Shown: positions 30,901 through 43,973, numbered from the whole stretch's first letter. The stretch: DNA of 63,331 nt, filler included, from Folioceros fuciformis (GCA_049999805.1; 11 parts of 11 records of this genome joined end to end with filler, not necessarily neighbours in it); one strand, 5' to 3'. Notes: a model not told the origin generated them from the letters alone. Program-made: numbers and translations.

Positions 30901-33741
30901 TCCGAGGGGATAGCCCTGTAGATATTCGGTCGGTGACTATGTTTTGGCAGGAACTAAGAGATACCGTCTTGGCTATTCAGGACCCGTGGTTAGCCCTCCC
31001 AACGCATCGTCAACCGCAATCCTTGAAGTTCAGCTAGACTAACCAACAACAACAGAATTTGGGGCTAAGGTTAAGTGGGTGAGGGAAGGGGACGGCCCAT
31101 CTAAGTTCTTCTTTGATAAGGTGGCTGCTAACCGGCACCGGTCAAGACTTCTTGTCATTTTGTGTGAAAATGTAGGAGCCAAGGTGGCCATCAATGGATC
31201 TTTTACGAAGCGTTTTGGCATTCATCGGTCAGTACGTCAGGGGTGCCCCTTAGCTCCATTTTTATTTATTATCGTTACTGACTTCTTCCTCTGGGCAGTT
31301 AAGCAAGACCAGGCAGTCGAGGGTGTTCACAATCCAGATGGATCGCAGTTAAGGGTTTAAGCATTTGCAGATGATACCCTTCTTTTTTCCCCGGCAGAGG
31401 AGTCCTCTTTGAATGCTTTGCTCCAGCAAGTCGAGGTTTTTGGGGAGCTGTCGAGTTGCAAGGTTAATTGGGGTAAGACCCGCATAATGTGTTTGCACAC
31501 GGAAGGGGAGCTGCCTCGATGCATCCGCCATATTCCAAGGGTGTTGCAAGGGTCCACTCACAAGTATATGGGACTTCCCTTCCATGAAGGGGATGAGAAC
31601 GGTAAGATAGGGAAGTATGTGTGCCTCTGATTTATTCGTAAAGCGACGAGCTTGCAGATGTTGGAACTTAACCTAGTAGGAAGGTTGGTGGTGATTAACC
31701 ATATCCTAACAGCCTCTCTTTGGTATTATTATTCTTGTGGGCCCCCTCCAAGGCAGAGGTGAAACGGTTGCAACAGGTGTTGATCTCATTCCTGTGGAAA
31801 CGTGCTGGGGACAACTCGGCGGGGTGCTCTAAGGCGGCTTGGCATCACATTATTCAGGCACGATGGTTGGGGGGCCTAGGGGTGGTTGACCCGGTTGTCA
31901 AGATAAAAGTCTTGCATGCTCAGTGGGTTGTCAAGGCGGCGGATCCTGCCTACTACCCTTGGAAGAGTATGCTAACATAGCATCTGGAGTGCACGCACAA
32001 GCTGTTCCTCGAGGAAGGAGATTTTTTGACAACATCCTTGCCGACAAGCCTTTACTTGATATTGCATAGTGCTCCCCACTCTTCAAGTCAATCCGGAACA
32101 GCTACTTAGTGGTCAAGCGGTACATTATCCAAGGTAACCCCATGCATGTTGATGACGTTCTTGGAATGCCTTTGCAAGGAGACTGTGGGCTCAAGAGTTA
32201 AGGGCCAGGGTGTATCGATCACAAATCGGTTTGGCATGTCAAAAAGGAGTTATCCAACTTGGTCACTTATGGAACAGTTCAGAGGCCCATTGGAAAGAGG
32301 TGGCGGAGGTCAAGGAAGAATTTGGCTGAGGGGCTAGACATGTTAGGCTTATTTTTTCATGGCTACAAGAGGGCCTAAAGGATAAGGTTCAACAGGTTCT
32401 TAGGCAACAACTTACCCTGGACGTTGAGGGGTGGTATACATACTCCATGGGTAGTAAGGATGCCGATTCTGAGGAGGAAGAATTAGAATTGGATAGGGCT
32501 GTTTGGCTTTCAGATATAGCTGACAAAGAAAACTTGTGGACATTCAAGGTCATGTCGCCTGAAGGGCTTTTGGAAAGTTAGGGCAGGAACGATGGTGATG
32601 TTCGAAGAAGGGAACTACGGGCCATCACAGTCCTCTCTAAGTCTGGTCATGCAGGGCGATGGTTCACTCAACTTCAAGGCCCTAGTGGACAACCAACCTT
32701 GAACAAACCAGTTGTCCAATGTTGGTTCCGACTTGCGGAGAATTGGGATTTGGCATTAAGACCAGATCTCTACAAATGGCCTAGGTGCCCAGGGTGCAAG
32801 GCGGAAAGTCTTCAATCGTTCTTCAACTTCCCCAACGGCTGACATATTCCTCTAGATGGTACGAGCGCAGAAAATCAGACAAAGACAACCAATGGCTTCC
32901 TGGCTACAGCTGTCTGTGCGGCGACAAAGGAAGTCGGATGGAATTCCCCCCAAGGTTAGGACGACGGTTTGGTGCTTTTTTCAAGCTTGTTTGCCTAATG
33001 CAGATAGATGGGATGGGTTGTTGGTTGCAAAGGGAGAAGACAAGTGTCGACTATGCTCCTCAAGCGCTCTAAACAAAAGTCAACACATGTTCTTCCACTA
33101 CAGCTTTGCCCAGGAGATATGGAGTGAGGTGGGTAGGGGGTTGCACAAAATTCTTCCCAACATTAACCTCAGGATCACGAAACAAACTGCCCTCTTTGGG
33201 TTGGACGCAACCTTGGGCAAGGCTCTACTTCCGTTGTAATGGTGGGGTCTACTGTGGTCTTCGTGTCTTTTCCACCTTTGGGTCAACTGGTCTTCTGTGG
33301 TCTATGAAGGTTCGGTGTCAGCCTCATCTAAGGCTCTGCTATGGCACATCTAGGAGCACTTATTGATTGCAGCAGAAGGTCTGAGGCAGTCCCATTGGAA
33401 GCGATTCAAGCGGAGGGAGTGGAGGTCGGCGGGTTTCCTAGTTCTTGGGAATGAAGAACATTGGAATCACGTCTACCCTTGGGGAAGGTGAGTTCCCATG
33501 GTCTTCAGGTAAAGTTGAGGTTTAAATCTAAATGGATTTAGTAGGTGAATGGTCTTAGCAGTCTGCTAGGGTCAGGGTGATGAGGAGTGTTTTCTGCGTC
33601 CTGTCATGTGGTCTGGGCACGAGGTCGATTTTTCCTCCTAATCATGGTACCCATGCTTTGTAAATATGTGAGCAGGGTCCCCTTTGTATTGTAAGAGGAT
33701 GATCATATTAATCAGAATTATTTTTCTTCGCGAAAAAAAAA
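24928..33741 (+). mobile_element. L1-like LINE, degenerate: long ORF1 with zinc knuckle, ORF2 with AP-endonuclease, partly deleted RT and zf-RVT-like region, poly(A) tail
   Basis: EAWSP/WVGLPALP...IGRVV and CGVCGVHNHLKQNC (about 25420); IISWNVRGLG (about 30340), NIYAP, GDFN; SVRQGCPLAPFLF and FADD (31230-31375); CRLC...QHMFF; A-tract at 33733-33741. Confidence 0.9.
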
Positions 33742-34376
33742 GATAGTAACCCCCATAACTGACCTCTTGAAGGCAGCAAAAGCTTGGAGATAAGATGTTG
33801 AGGAACAGGCAGCCTTTGAATACTTGAAGAAAAACTTGAGTACTACTCCGGTGTTGGGAATGTATGACCCCAAGAGAGATGTGGAAGTGTATTGTGATGC
33901 CTCAAATGTGGCTACAGGTGGAGTTTTGATGCAGGACCAAAAGCCGTTAGCTTTTGAGTCAAGAAAGTTGCATCCTTATGAAAGGAAGTATCCCACCTAT
34001 GAGAAAGAGATGACTGCTACCATCCACTGTCTGAAGGCTTGAAGACACTATCTCTTGGGTAGGTCTTTTGTGCTATATACTCATAATATCAGCACGATAT
34101 ATTTCTCAAACCAGTTAAAGTCGAATGTGAGACAAGCTAGATGGCAAGATTTGCTAGCTATGTAGGACATGACTCTTAGATATAAACCTGGAAAAGAGAA
34201 CAAGGTTGCCAATGCGCTGAGTCGTAAGCAGAGTCAAGAAGTGAAAGCAATGGCAACTGTGATTGAACCTTTGGATGCTCACAAAGAGATAAAAGAAGCT
34301 TATTTGCAAGATCTTGAAGTGTAGGACTGAATAAATGGGTGGCAAAGAAAGGAAGCAAGTTCAAACTCAAAGATGG
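33742..34376 (+). mobile_element. Ty3/Gypsy RT-connection/RNaseH fragment (target of two LINE insertions)
   Basis: PITDLLK...VYCDASNVATGGVLMQDQKPLAFESRKL...EKEMTATIHCLK...YKPGKENKVANALSR. Confidence 0.88.
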
Positions 34377-35370
34377 TTTTTATTTTTCGCGAAGAAAAAG
34401 TCTGATTATACATAGCTCAAGCTACAGCCAGATTACAATACTTGCTCGTGTAGCTACGTAAGGCGTTAATCTACATGCTAACTCCTAAACTGCAGAAGTA
34501 AACAAACCAGAACTAGCGTGCAGGCAAGAGATCCCTCATCAATGGGTGGCTCACCTACCCCACGGGCAGGAGTGGTTCCACTGGCCATTATGCCCGAGGA
34601 ATTCAGTTGACTTCCACTCTTTTCATCTGAACTTGTTGTGTGCGGAAGTACGAATGCTCTCCGCAGTCACCAGGATCTGTTCCCAGATACGCCAAAGCAG
34701 AGATACCGGGTCGTGGCCGCCATAGACCATTGCTGTCCAATTTTGCCATAGGGCGAAGAGAGCTAGAGACCATACCACTTCCCACCACTGCTTCTGGACT
34801 AAAGGCTCTCCTATCCGTTCATCAAGCCCGAAAAGGGCGGTTTCCTCTATAACCACAATGGTTCTCTCTAGGAGGAGGTTTTGAAGCCACCTGCCAACTT
34901 CAATCCAGACACCTTGCGCATAGTCGCATTGAAAGAAGATATGTTGGCTTCTGTGAGAGGCGCGAACACTACAAAGCTTGCACCATTCATCCCCCGTGAC
35001 CACCAGCAACCCGTTCCAGCGATCTGCATTAGGTAGACAAGCTTGGAAGAAACACCAGATGGTAACCCGCACCTTGGGGGGGACCCCAATGGTCGACCAC
35101 AAGAGTTTAATCGTTGCCCTCTGACAACATTGGGAGAGCCTCAATCTCGGAGCCAGTCAACTTCGCTAAAGAGATTTATGTGCGCGCACTAGTCGTAGGT
35201 AGATGGCTGCTAAAGGAAAGTTGAAAAGTGATCTCGTGTTCCCCTGCATCCTTCCAGAGCTCCCAGGCCACATATATAGGTCAGGTCTCATCACTAATTC
35301 CTAATTCTCCTTCAATCGAAACTAACATCTTACAGGACTTTGTTGCAGAGGTTGCTTCTTGCGGTCATGT
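34377..35370 (-). mobile_element. Second L1-like LINE, 3' end (zf-RVT-like region, 3' UTR, A-tract)
   Basis: ORF 34623-35144 (PPKVRVTIWCFFQACLPNADRW...CKLC...QHIFFQC) is homologous to 32940-33100; ends TTTTTCTTCGCGAAAAATAAAAA on the minus strand. Confidence 0.88.
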
Positions 35371-35470
35371 NNNNNNNNNNNNNNNNNNNNNNNNNNNNNN
35401 NNNNNNNNNNNNNNTTAATTAATTAANNNNNNNNNNNNNNNNNNNNNNNNNNNNNNNNNNNNNNNNNNNN

Positions 35471-36188
35471 GAATCAGGACAAGCAAGAGGGGAACGGGAA
35501 AAGAAAGCAGGGAGAAGAAGAAGGCAGGCCTGGCCCTGCATTGGCTAAATCCTCCAGCTCACCTCAACCTCCTCTTGTGCACACATTTAGTCCCATCACC
35601 ACGGTGATCCCTCTTCTTGCCTGCAATGTGGATCCAAAGAGGAAGCGGGACAAAGAGATGGAAGGGAAGGGGAAGAAGAGGAAGCAAGGACAAGAGGAGA
35701 ATGGAGGAGGAAGGGAGAAAGGGAGAAAGGGAGGGAGGAAGAGAGAGAAGGGAGCGGCCACAGCCCCTGCCCTAGCTAGGGCACGGCCTCCATGGCCGTT
35801 TAGGCAAGCCTGACGTCGGACCATGACATACCCCAGATTCCCGTTCCTATGTTCAAACCATTATTTTATATTATTTAATCATTATATATGTATATATCTT
35901 TAATTAATAATAAACCAATCACCAAACCTAGATTCAAACTTTCCCGACCCTATGGTCCGGTACCAGACCTAAAACTTTCCCAGGTCTGGGACAAACCTAT
36001 ACCCACTCTAATAACGAAACCAACTATTTCCTGGTCAATTAACCTAATTAGCGCAAAGAAAAATAGGAAAATGACCAGAAAACAAAGGACAATTAGGGAA
36101 AATAAGTAGAAAAAGAAAACCAAACCATACCGCTAGTAACCCTTTTTTAACAAAAACAAACCACTATCCCAAACTTTGGAGGTTCACA
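35471..36188 (-). repeat. Dispersed LTR-like repeat X, copy 2 (reverse orientation)
   Basis: Reverse complement of the 9849 and 38469 copies; ends AAACTTTGGAGGTTCACA at 36188; the 35471-35811 purine-rich part is assigned by continuity only. Confidence 0.78.
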
Positions 36189-38468
36189 CTTACTTTGTTG
36201 CCAACAAAAGAACCTTGTAAAGTACTATGGATTTTCTTCTAAGCCCATGGAGTTCTTCACTCTACACAAGAAGCAATTAAGTTATATTTAGAGCACCCTG
36301 AGGATGAAACTTAACCAGGGTGCTTCCAAGCAAAGTGTCCAGAATTTGTTATTATATTACATGAGTAGGGCTGCCTCATTTTCCATCACTGACCTCACTT
36401 ATATACTCACCCATTTTAGAGCATGATATTGAGAGTTGATGAGTTGAGTAGCAACATTCGTCACTTTACCAACACAATGCATCTACCAACATGATATGGA
36501 GCTCATGAGTTTTGACTTGAGTTGCACTTATTAGGTCGCTAAGCTCCTTGCACATGTTGATAATTTTTAGGAGGGTATACAACATGCTTTTGTCAACCAG
36601 CAAAAGATTTAATTCTCTTCTTTGATGGTTCAAGTTCAAGCTTGTCTTTCATTCCATGAGAGGACATTATCACTCCCCACTAAATTTTTCTCCCCCTCCA
36701 TCACCACTACCCTTGGATGGCTCTGGCTTGCCAATTTAATGCTCGAAGTGTGCATCACCTTAATCAAGATTGCTAGACTTCAAGTGTCCAAATAAGTAGC
36801 ATGCATGAAGGCATAATTGTGGTTGTTGTTTAGGAGTCCATTGTAAGGTGCATTGCCTTGACTGTTCGGTACCCTTAAATAAGCAATACAAATTCATGAG
36901 GAGAATCACATTTTTTAGAGTAGTGACTAGATTTTTTAGAATTAACCTAGTTGGGTTAAGATAGGATGTTATGGTTATTTATTTAACCTATGACCAAGTT
37001 AATTTTGCTTGAGGGTTAAGATACTTACTGTAAGTTTGTTATTTTCTATTGTTGAAAAAGAGATGGAAAATCCCGTATCTCCAAAGATGAGGAGGAATAA
37101 CCCGAATNNNNNNNNNNNNNNNNNNNNNNNNNNNNNNNNNNNNNNNNNNNNNNNNNNNNNNNNNNNNNNNNNNNNNNNNNNNNNNNNNNNNNNNNNNNNN
37201 NNNNNNNGGGCCAAAGGCTAAAAGGGGTACTCGCCTCTTCAAACATCATCATCAAAACTACCTACCGCTCCCAAAATGTCATGATGCATAATAACAAAAG
37301 GCCCATCTACCATAGGTGCCAAAGAAGCCATGAATAGGTTTTATTATTATAAGTTTTTGTCGTTGCACTTATTTAGCATGGATTCATAATTCTTGTGCAA
37401 CATATTACTCTTGTATTGCATTGAGTTGTACTTTTTAATTTATTCCTTTTACTTACGCAAAAAATATATATCTAATATAAATTTACCGTTGTAGGTTATG
37501 GAAACACGCGTAGTTGAGGCAGCTTTGGTTAAAATTGCGAGTTTGACAAAAGTAGCTCTAGGAAATGCTGGAATGGATATCCTTTCAGCTAATTTGAAAG
37601 GAACCGAGTTTAATCGTAACATATCAAGTCCCTCGACCTCAATATGGTGACAAGTATCACTTAGTTGTTGTATATATGTATATATGAAAGTATGTATATG
37701 TGTCTGTATATATACTACTACTTAAATAATGTATATATCTAGTTCATTCGTGTATACTGAGTATATTACTTTAAAATTTAAAAATATATATGTATAAAAA
37801 ACAAGATGTAAATAAAGAAGCTTTGTAAGTATGTTTCTTCGTATACTTCATATTAGTAGGAACCTAGTCCTTAAGAGCTAGCTTCTGATGGCCTAATCCT
37901 TTTGTGGTTTATCTCACCTCTTTCGAGGTATATGGGTTTCTCTATCTTGTTCTTCTCAAGTTAAGAAGAGGTATATAAAGCCTAGATTGTTGTGGTGGGA
38001 AAACCCATGATACCTAGGTGCTTCCCTCTAGCAACCACACTTGACCACTATTATGTTGTATAGAAGGTCCTTCTCCCACCAAGGACTGTGAACCCCTTCT
38101 CCAACTTTGTGCAGCAGTTTCTTTCTACCACGCCTCTACTACAACAACTCTATCTACCTTAGCCTCTACTCACCATACCCCTCCTAACCACCCTTCTTCA
38201 ACAAACAACTCACCTTGTTCAAGACAAGACCTTACCTTGGTAGGTCACCCTAGATCCTTCATCTTTTCACACTTCTATCTCACTCTCACCCTCTTGCTAC
38301 TCTCTCTCTATCTCTCTCTCTTAGTCTACTCTTTTGACTCATCTCCACCTTTCTTGGTTTCACGTCCTAACACCTTTAATGTTTCATTAGCCAAATACCT
38401 ATGTCTATGGGTTGTTCTTCCCTTAGATATAGCAAATGGAACTTCCCAACTTCATCCATAAGAGGGAT

Positions 38469-38873
38469 TGTGAACCTCCAAAGTTTGGGGTAGTAGTTTG
38501 TTTTGGTTGAAAAAGGGTTAATAGTGGTATGGTTTGATTTTCTTTTTCAACTTATTTTCCCTAATTTTCCTTTATTTTCTGGTCATTTTTCCTATTTTTC
38601 TTTGTGCTAATTAAGTTAATTGACCAAGAAATAGTTGGTTTGGTTATAAGAGTGGGTATAGGTTTGGTTCCACACCTGGGAAGGTTTAGGTTCGGTACCA
38701 GGCCATAGGGTTGGGAAAGTTTGAGTCTAGGTCTGGTGATTAGTTTAATATTAGTTAAAGATATATAATGATTAAATGATTAAATAATAATAAAAATAAT
38801 AAATAATAATAATAAAATAAGGGTTTGAACATAGGAACAGGTATCTGGGTATGTCAGGGTCTGACGATAGGCT
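38469..38873 (+). repeat. Dispersed LTR-like repeat X, copy 3
   Basis: Starts TGTGAACCTCCAAAG; near-identical to the 9849 copy. Confidence 0.82.
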
Positions 38874-38973
38874 NNNNNNNNNNNNNNNNNNNNNNNNNNN
38901 NNNNNNNNNNNNNNNNNTTAATTAATTAANNNNNNNNNNNNNNNNNNNNNNNNNNNNNNNNNNNNNNNNNNNN

Positions 38974-39325
38974 CCACGGTGGTGGAACGACGACGGACGT
39001 TGTGGAACCACCACGGTGGTGGAACGACGACGGACGTTGTGGAACCACCACGGTGGTGGAACGACGACGGACGTTGTGGAACCACCACGGTGGTGGAACG
39101 ACGACGGACGTTGTGGAACCACCACGGTGGTGGAACGACGACGGACGTTGTGGAACCCCCACGGTGGTGGAACGACGACGGACGTTGTGGAACCACCACG
39201 GTGGTGGAACGACGACGGACGTTGGGGAACCACCACGGTGGTGGAACGACGACGGACGTTGGGGAACCACCACGGGAGTGGAACGACGACGGACGTTGTG
39301 GAACCACCACGGTAGTGGAACAACG
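38974..39325 (+). repeat. 37-bp tandem array, about 9.5 copies, open at contig start
   Basis: Unit CCACGGTGGTGGAACGACGACGGACGTTGTGGAACCA starting at 38974, 39011, 39048 and so on; no spacers. Confidence 0.95.
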
Positions 39326-39471
39326 TCGGAGGTAGTGGAATCCACTACCGGTAGTTGAGACCCTACCTCAGNNNNNNNNNNNNNNNNNNNNNNNNNNNNN
39401 NNNNNNNNNNNNNNNNNNNNNNNNNNNNNNNNNNNNNNNNNNNNNNNNNNNNNNNNNNNNNNNNNNNNNNN

Positions 39472-39707
39472 AGTCCGAGGGGTAGTGCAAAGCCACGGTA
39501 GCTGAGTCACGACAGGATAGGGGTAGTTGAACCAGTAGGTAGTGGAGCTGGGGTAGTTGAAGACCGACCTAGGTAGACGCTGACTTTTAGAAGAAACCTA
39601 TGTTACTTGGCACAAATCATTCCCTTGGGATCGAATCCCAGTGCTATAATGACATAGAGGGCTTGTGTGGACCTCGTAGCACCCCCGAGTGCAATATTTT
39701 CCCCCAC
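39472..39707 (+). repeat. 3' end of an LTR of the same Athila-type family (solo or 3' LTR)
   Basis: Reverse-complement homolog of 4333-4490, ending TTTTCCCCCACA; no PBS follows. Confidence 0.8.
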
Positions 39708-40480
39708 ACCATGCAACAAGGTTGGGCCACTAGATGTGGGGTGGGCAGCCTTTTGTATAATGGAGATGCCCTTAACCCGTGATAGGGCAACAAGACTGAG
39801 CAGTAGGGATGGGGGTTGTCTTCTTGACAACTATAATGAGGCTATTGCTGTGATGTGATCATATAGGTATTGGTCCCGATCAGAGTTTTAGTCATGGAAA
39901 ATGAAGGCTCAAAAAGTAGGTTACATAGAAACTATCTATGCATTAGCCAAAAGTGAACGAAGACCATGCACCTTGTACGTGCATGTTTGAGGTGCATGCA
40001 ATACCTTTCAACTTCCACAACCTTTGCAACATTGGCCAAAGAATCTTTACCCAGTCGTCACAACGTCAACATGATTAGAGTTTGCGTTAGCTTTATTATT
40101 CTCATTACTGTTGGAGGCTGCTCTATACTAGCCAACTCAATAAAGCTACATAGCTCGCTCACGCTCTTTCTGATTACCATCTTGGTGTCCAGAACGTGAT
40201 ATTTGAAAAACTTAAATTAATGTTTACCACAAAGATAACACCAACAAGTCTTATGATCTTTTGCATGGACTATAATCAAAACTCTGCAATAAAGCATGCT
40301 ATAGATGGATCCATATTGAGATGGGAATGTAGAGTTTTCAATGCATTTTTTGTGCATAGTGCGAAAAAGGGGAGGTGAGGGGAGGCATTGAGGTGACGGG
40401 GTGTGAGAGCTCAAGCAATGAGGGCGCCAACTAGTTGGTGCTCACATTGCTTGGGCTTCTTTCAACTTAAGTCAAATGAT

Positions 40481-40683
40481 CTACAACGTACATAAGCAAC
40501 CATGTGGTAGCCTATCTATGAGTACTACAACGTACGTAAGCAAACATGTGATTGCCTATCTATGAGTGCTACAACATACATAAGCAACCACGTGGTTGCC
40601 AATCTATGAGTGCTACAATATACATAAGCAACCACGTGGTTGCCAATCTATGAGTGCTACAATATACATAAGCAAACCATTTG
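40481..40683 (+). repeat. 44-bp minisatellite, about 4.5 copies
   Basis: Unit CTACAACGTACATAAGCAACCATGTGGTAGCCTATCTATGAGTA at 40481, 40525, 40569, 40613, 40657. Confidence 0.88.
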
Positions 40684-43193
40684 GTAAATTGATGATTAGC
40701 ACTTACGTGCCTACTGCACTTAATATTGCCTAAAGATAGAAGCCTATTTGTTACTTTGTCAACAAAGAGGAGATGGAGATGGTGATGGGAAGAAGTGAAA
40801 GCAACGCCAAACCTAGCTCAACTTCATCCCAAGCAATAAGGAGAGACATAGCATGTTCAAGTGGAGCGACTTTAGGATGAGAAAGAAGGTAAACTCAAAG
40901 ATGATGGTCCTATGTATATGTTGCATAGCACTTGGACATATACTACTACATCTACTATGGCACAAGAAAAAATAAGAATGAGAATGTGTGGGAGAGGCCG
41001 AGTGAAATCCAAGTAATCATGCGCGCTAAAAAGATATCCTTGTCAAGGATGTCTCAACTCCTTCTCAATGAGAAGAAGTTGGAGAGGAGGAGGTTTGACA
41101 ACACATCTTCGCTTAGAAAGATGATCAACAAGAAGAATACAAGCAAAAGAATCTACAAGAGGGGGATTCAGCGATTGAGGCATGAAGAGGCCAATGGAGG
41201 CAGAATTGGTCAATTCCCTTTCCATTGCCCCCCCTATGCAGCAAAAACTTGTTGTCATGTTGTTGCAGGTTGCATCCCTTTGCAAGAAGTGAAGGCACTT
41301 GCCAAATTATGTAAGAAGGGGCTACATATTGTGAGGAGTGAAGACACGACAATAAACTTTGAGGATCTGCAGAATGTCGTGGAGGAGTTATTGCACAAGA
41401 GTGCAACATAATGCTCTCAAGAGTAAAGAAGATTAGATTTGAGGAGAAGGCGAGCCTTGAAAGGACTAGTGATATTGCATGCAACTCCATATAGGTGTAA
41501 AGGGGAGAATGTCTGGCCTCCCTTTAAAGCTTGGTTGACACGCTTGACAAAAATGAAACCGGTCTAAACCTTGGCGTTCTTGGTTGTTCCCTCTTTATGA
41601 TCTCCTGAAAGGTCGTACATGACGATGCCAATCATTCATTTTAGAGGTTATGTTTAGATAGATTGGGGCCAAGGCATTGGCCGGCTGGCGCCTTAAGCCA
41701 TCATCCATGTCCTATACCATGTGCCGAGGGGAGGGGCTATTAGTGGTATAAGTAGAATACATCAGCCACAGAAAACGTAACTCATTCACGCAAACTTAAA
41801 CCATGTTTTCGTACCATGTTTTATGAGATTCAACTTGCATGACCACTTCAATGCTTGGCCTCAACCCTCTTAGGACAACATAGTCCACCTTCCCCCCCCC
41901 TTTTTTGCACTTTCCCATCTTTGCAGCTATATTAAGCATTGCTTGAAGTAAATCTAGAATCTATTTCATCCATGTTTGAGGCAAAGATGGGGCACCAATC
42001 TTTGGAGGACTTGACTTAGATGTGGCAAGCGGTGGCCCTTGTGGAGATGGTGAGGTACCATTGCTAGTGTGAATTGCTCCGAATTCTACAATAGCATCTA
42101 GTAGGCACTCGATGTATATAAGGATGGATGTATAAGATCTTGTACCTTATCTAGCAAAGTAGTAGCAACAACAAAGTGATATTGCATTGTGAATCATTTG
42201 CATGGTCGACACCAATAGCGGCAGTAGCTTCATCCAAACCAATGTTAGAAATCCAAATTCATACAACACATTTATTGTAGAGCTTATTAAATATACTCAA
42301 AGTTATTTAGGGGTAGGGTGCTTGAGGCTTTATACATGGATGCATAGCCTACCCTATGGTAGTAATGAGACATGCACTAACATTTTGCTGCCGCCCCATT
42401 TGGAGTTTTCTTGGTGTGCAAGTGTGCATGCGCCAATGTATAGCAGACCAAGCCTGGTCTATTGAGTCCAAGCCCTTAGGGTAGTACCTTTGGGATTATG
42501 ATATTTACCATGAAATGACTTTTCACTAGATGCACTCCTCTCTAATTACAACGGTAACCTTTGTATAGTGATAAAGCTCACCACTTGATTCATGGTGAAC
42601 ATGTATTGCTGCTTCGTTTAAGAATCTAGAATCTTTAGGATCTTGTATGCAAAAATAGGGTTTGTGTGCAAAACTAGGTCTTACTACATGGATGTTTCCA
42701 ACCCATTCGAATGTCACTACACCAAGGGATTAATAAAGCCCCATTGTCCTCAAACTCACAAAATTAGCTAATGGTGTAATGTTTTGTTTCCCAGATGCCT
42801 CTTTTAATTAAGTAGGTGACATGAAATTAAATTAATATTTAAAAAACCTAAATCATATCTTTCAAAGATAAAACAATTGATATTAGGTACTCACTTCTCC
42901 TGTCTTTGCGTTATACACAAGGCAGCATAAGTATTTAGCTTCCAATGAAGCAAATCCCAAAACTTAAATGCTTGTTTATAATGCCCATTTTCTCATGTAT
43001 GTCTACCAATACATGTATCATTCTCAAATCTCCCAGCAATTTTCCTCAAATACTCCTACCATGACACCAAGTTACCCATTAACCAGATGATAGAGCATAT
43101 TAGTATATGTTTATACCAATCACCTAATCTTACATGTGGTCAACAATACACTTTTCGACCTCTACCATATGTTCTTATCTTCATTACAATTCT

Positions 43194-43652
43194 TTAGACT
43201 TTCTTTCTTGATTTTGATATTAAGTGTCTTGATTGAAACAAGAATCTGTTTCTCAATTTTCTTTGGTTGGACAAAGAAAGTTTGTAAGTGTTCAAGTAGC
43301 TTTGAGATTTCCTGGTACCACTAGGAGATTCTCTAGGCTTTCTTTTGTAGAAAAATGGCACACTATAGCTATTATAACTCTGAGATCTTTTTCGACCAAA
43401 TATACGTATATATTCTCTTTCAATAGACCTAGCAAGGATACTTCTGCATTCTTCAAGAACAACCAACATGAATCGTTTGAAAGGATACTTAGCTTTTAAA
43501 ACATCTCTAAGCATTCTTGTAGGAGGAGTGCGAATGTGTTCATAAAATCTTCTAGAAGGGTCTGAGGATCGGCCAATATACACTCTCCCATTTCGTTTGT
43601 TTACAACCATATAGATCTTTATCTTTTTCTTTCTTGCTCTTGGGAACGGCAT
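43194..43652 (-). CDS. GIY-YIG family endonuclease-like protein, intronless, 152 aa
   Basis: KIYMVVNKRNGRVYIGRSSDPSRRFYEH...IEREYIRIF...SYN matches GIY-x10-YIG with the conserved Arg, His, Glu and YN positions. Confidence 0.75.
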   Translation of the reverse strand: MPFPRARKKKIKIYMVVNKRNGRVYIGRSSDPSRRFYEHIRTPPTRMLRDVLKAKYPFKRFMLVVLEECRSILARSIEREYIRIFGRKRSQSYNSYSVPFFYKRKPRESPSGTRKSQSYLNTYKLSLSNQRKLRNRFLFQSRHLISKSRKKV

Positions 43653-43973
43653 GTAGGTTTTGAATTTTCAAGAAGGATGATGAAATTGCATACATATTTT
43701 GAAATTTCACATGTGCTGATGTTTCCATGCTTGTTGAAACTCGAAGATTTTTTCATTTGTTCCTTCTTCTCTTATTAATATCAATCACTGAATACATGGA
43801 AAGGTGTAATCTAGTTCAAGTANNNNNNNNNNNNNNNNNNNNNNNNNNNNNNNNNNNNNNNNNNNNTTAATTAATTAANNNNNNNNNNNNNNNNNNNNNN
43901 NNNNNNNNNNNNNNNNNNNNNNTCTCTAGCGCGCGTGCGCCTACTACAATCTACTTGCTGTTCATAAACAACA

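Noticed and set aside
36189-38468. Sequence between two outward-facing copies of repeat X as one element with terminal inverted repeats
   Set aside because: Both copies extend away from the interval to the contig ends, which fits two independent insertions; the interval has no recognisable ORF
38974-39325. CRISPR-like 37-bp repeats
   Set aside because: Units are directly adjacent with no unique spacers; eukaryotic context and no cas genes
38918-39510. Six-frame repetitive ORFs
   Set aside because: Consequence of a stop-free 37-bp repeat, not genes
43923-43973. Possible start of another LTR (TGTTG on minus) interrupting gag
   Set aside because: Only about 50 bp before the contig end; insufficient to call
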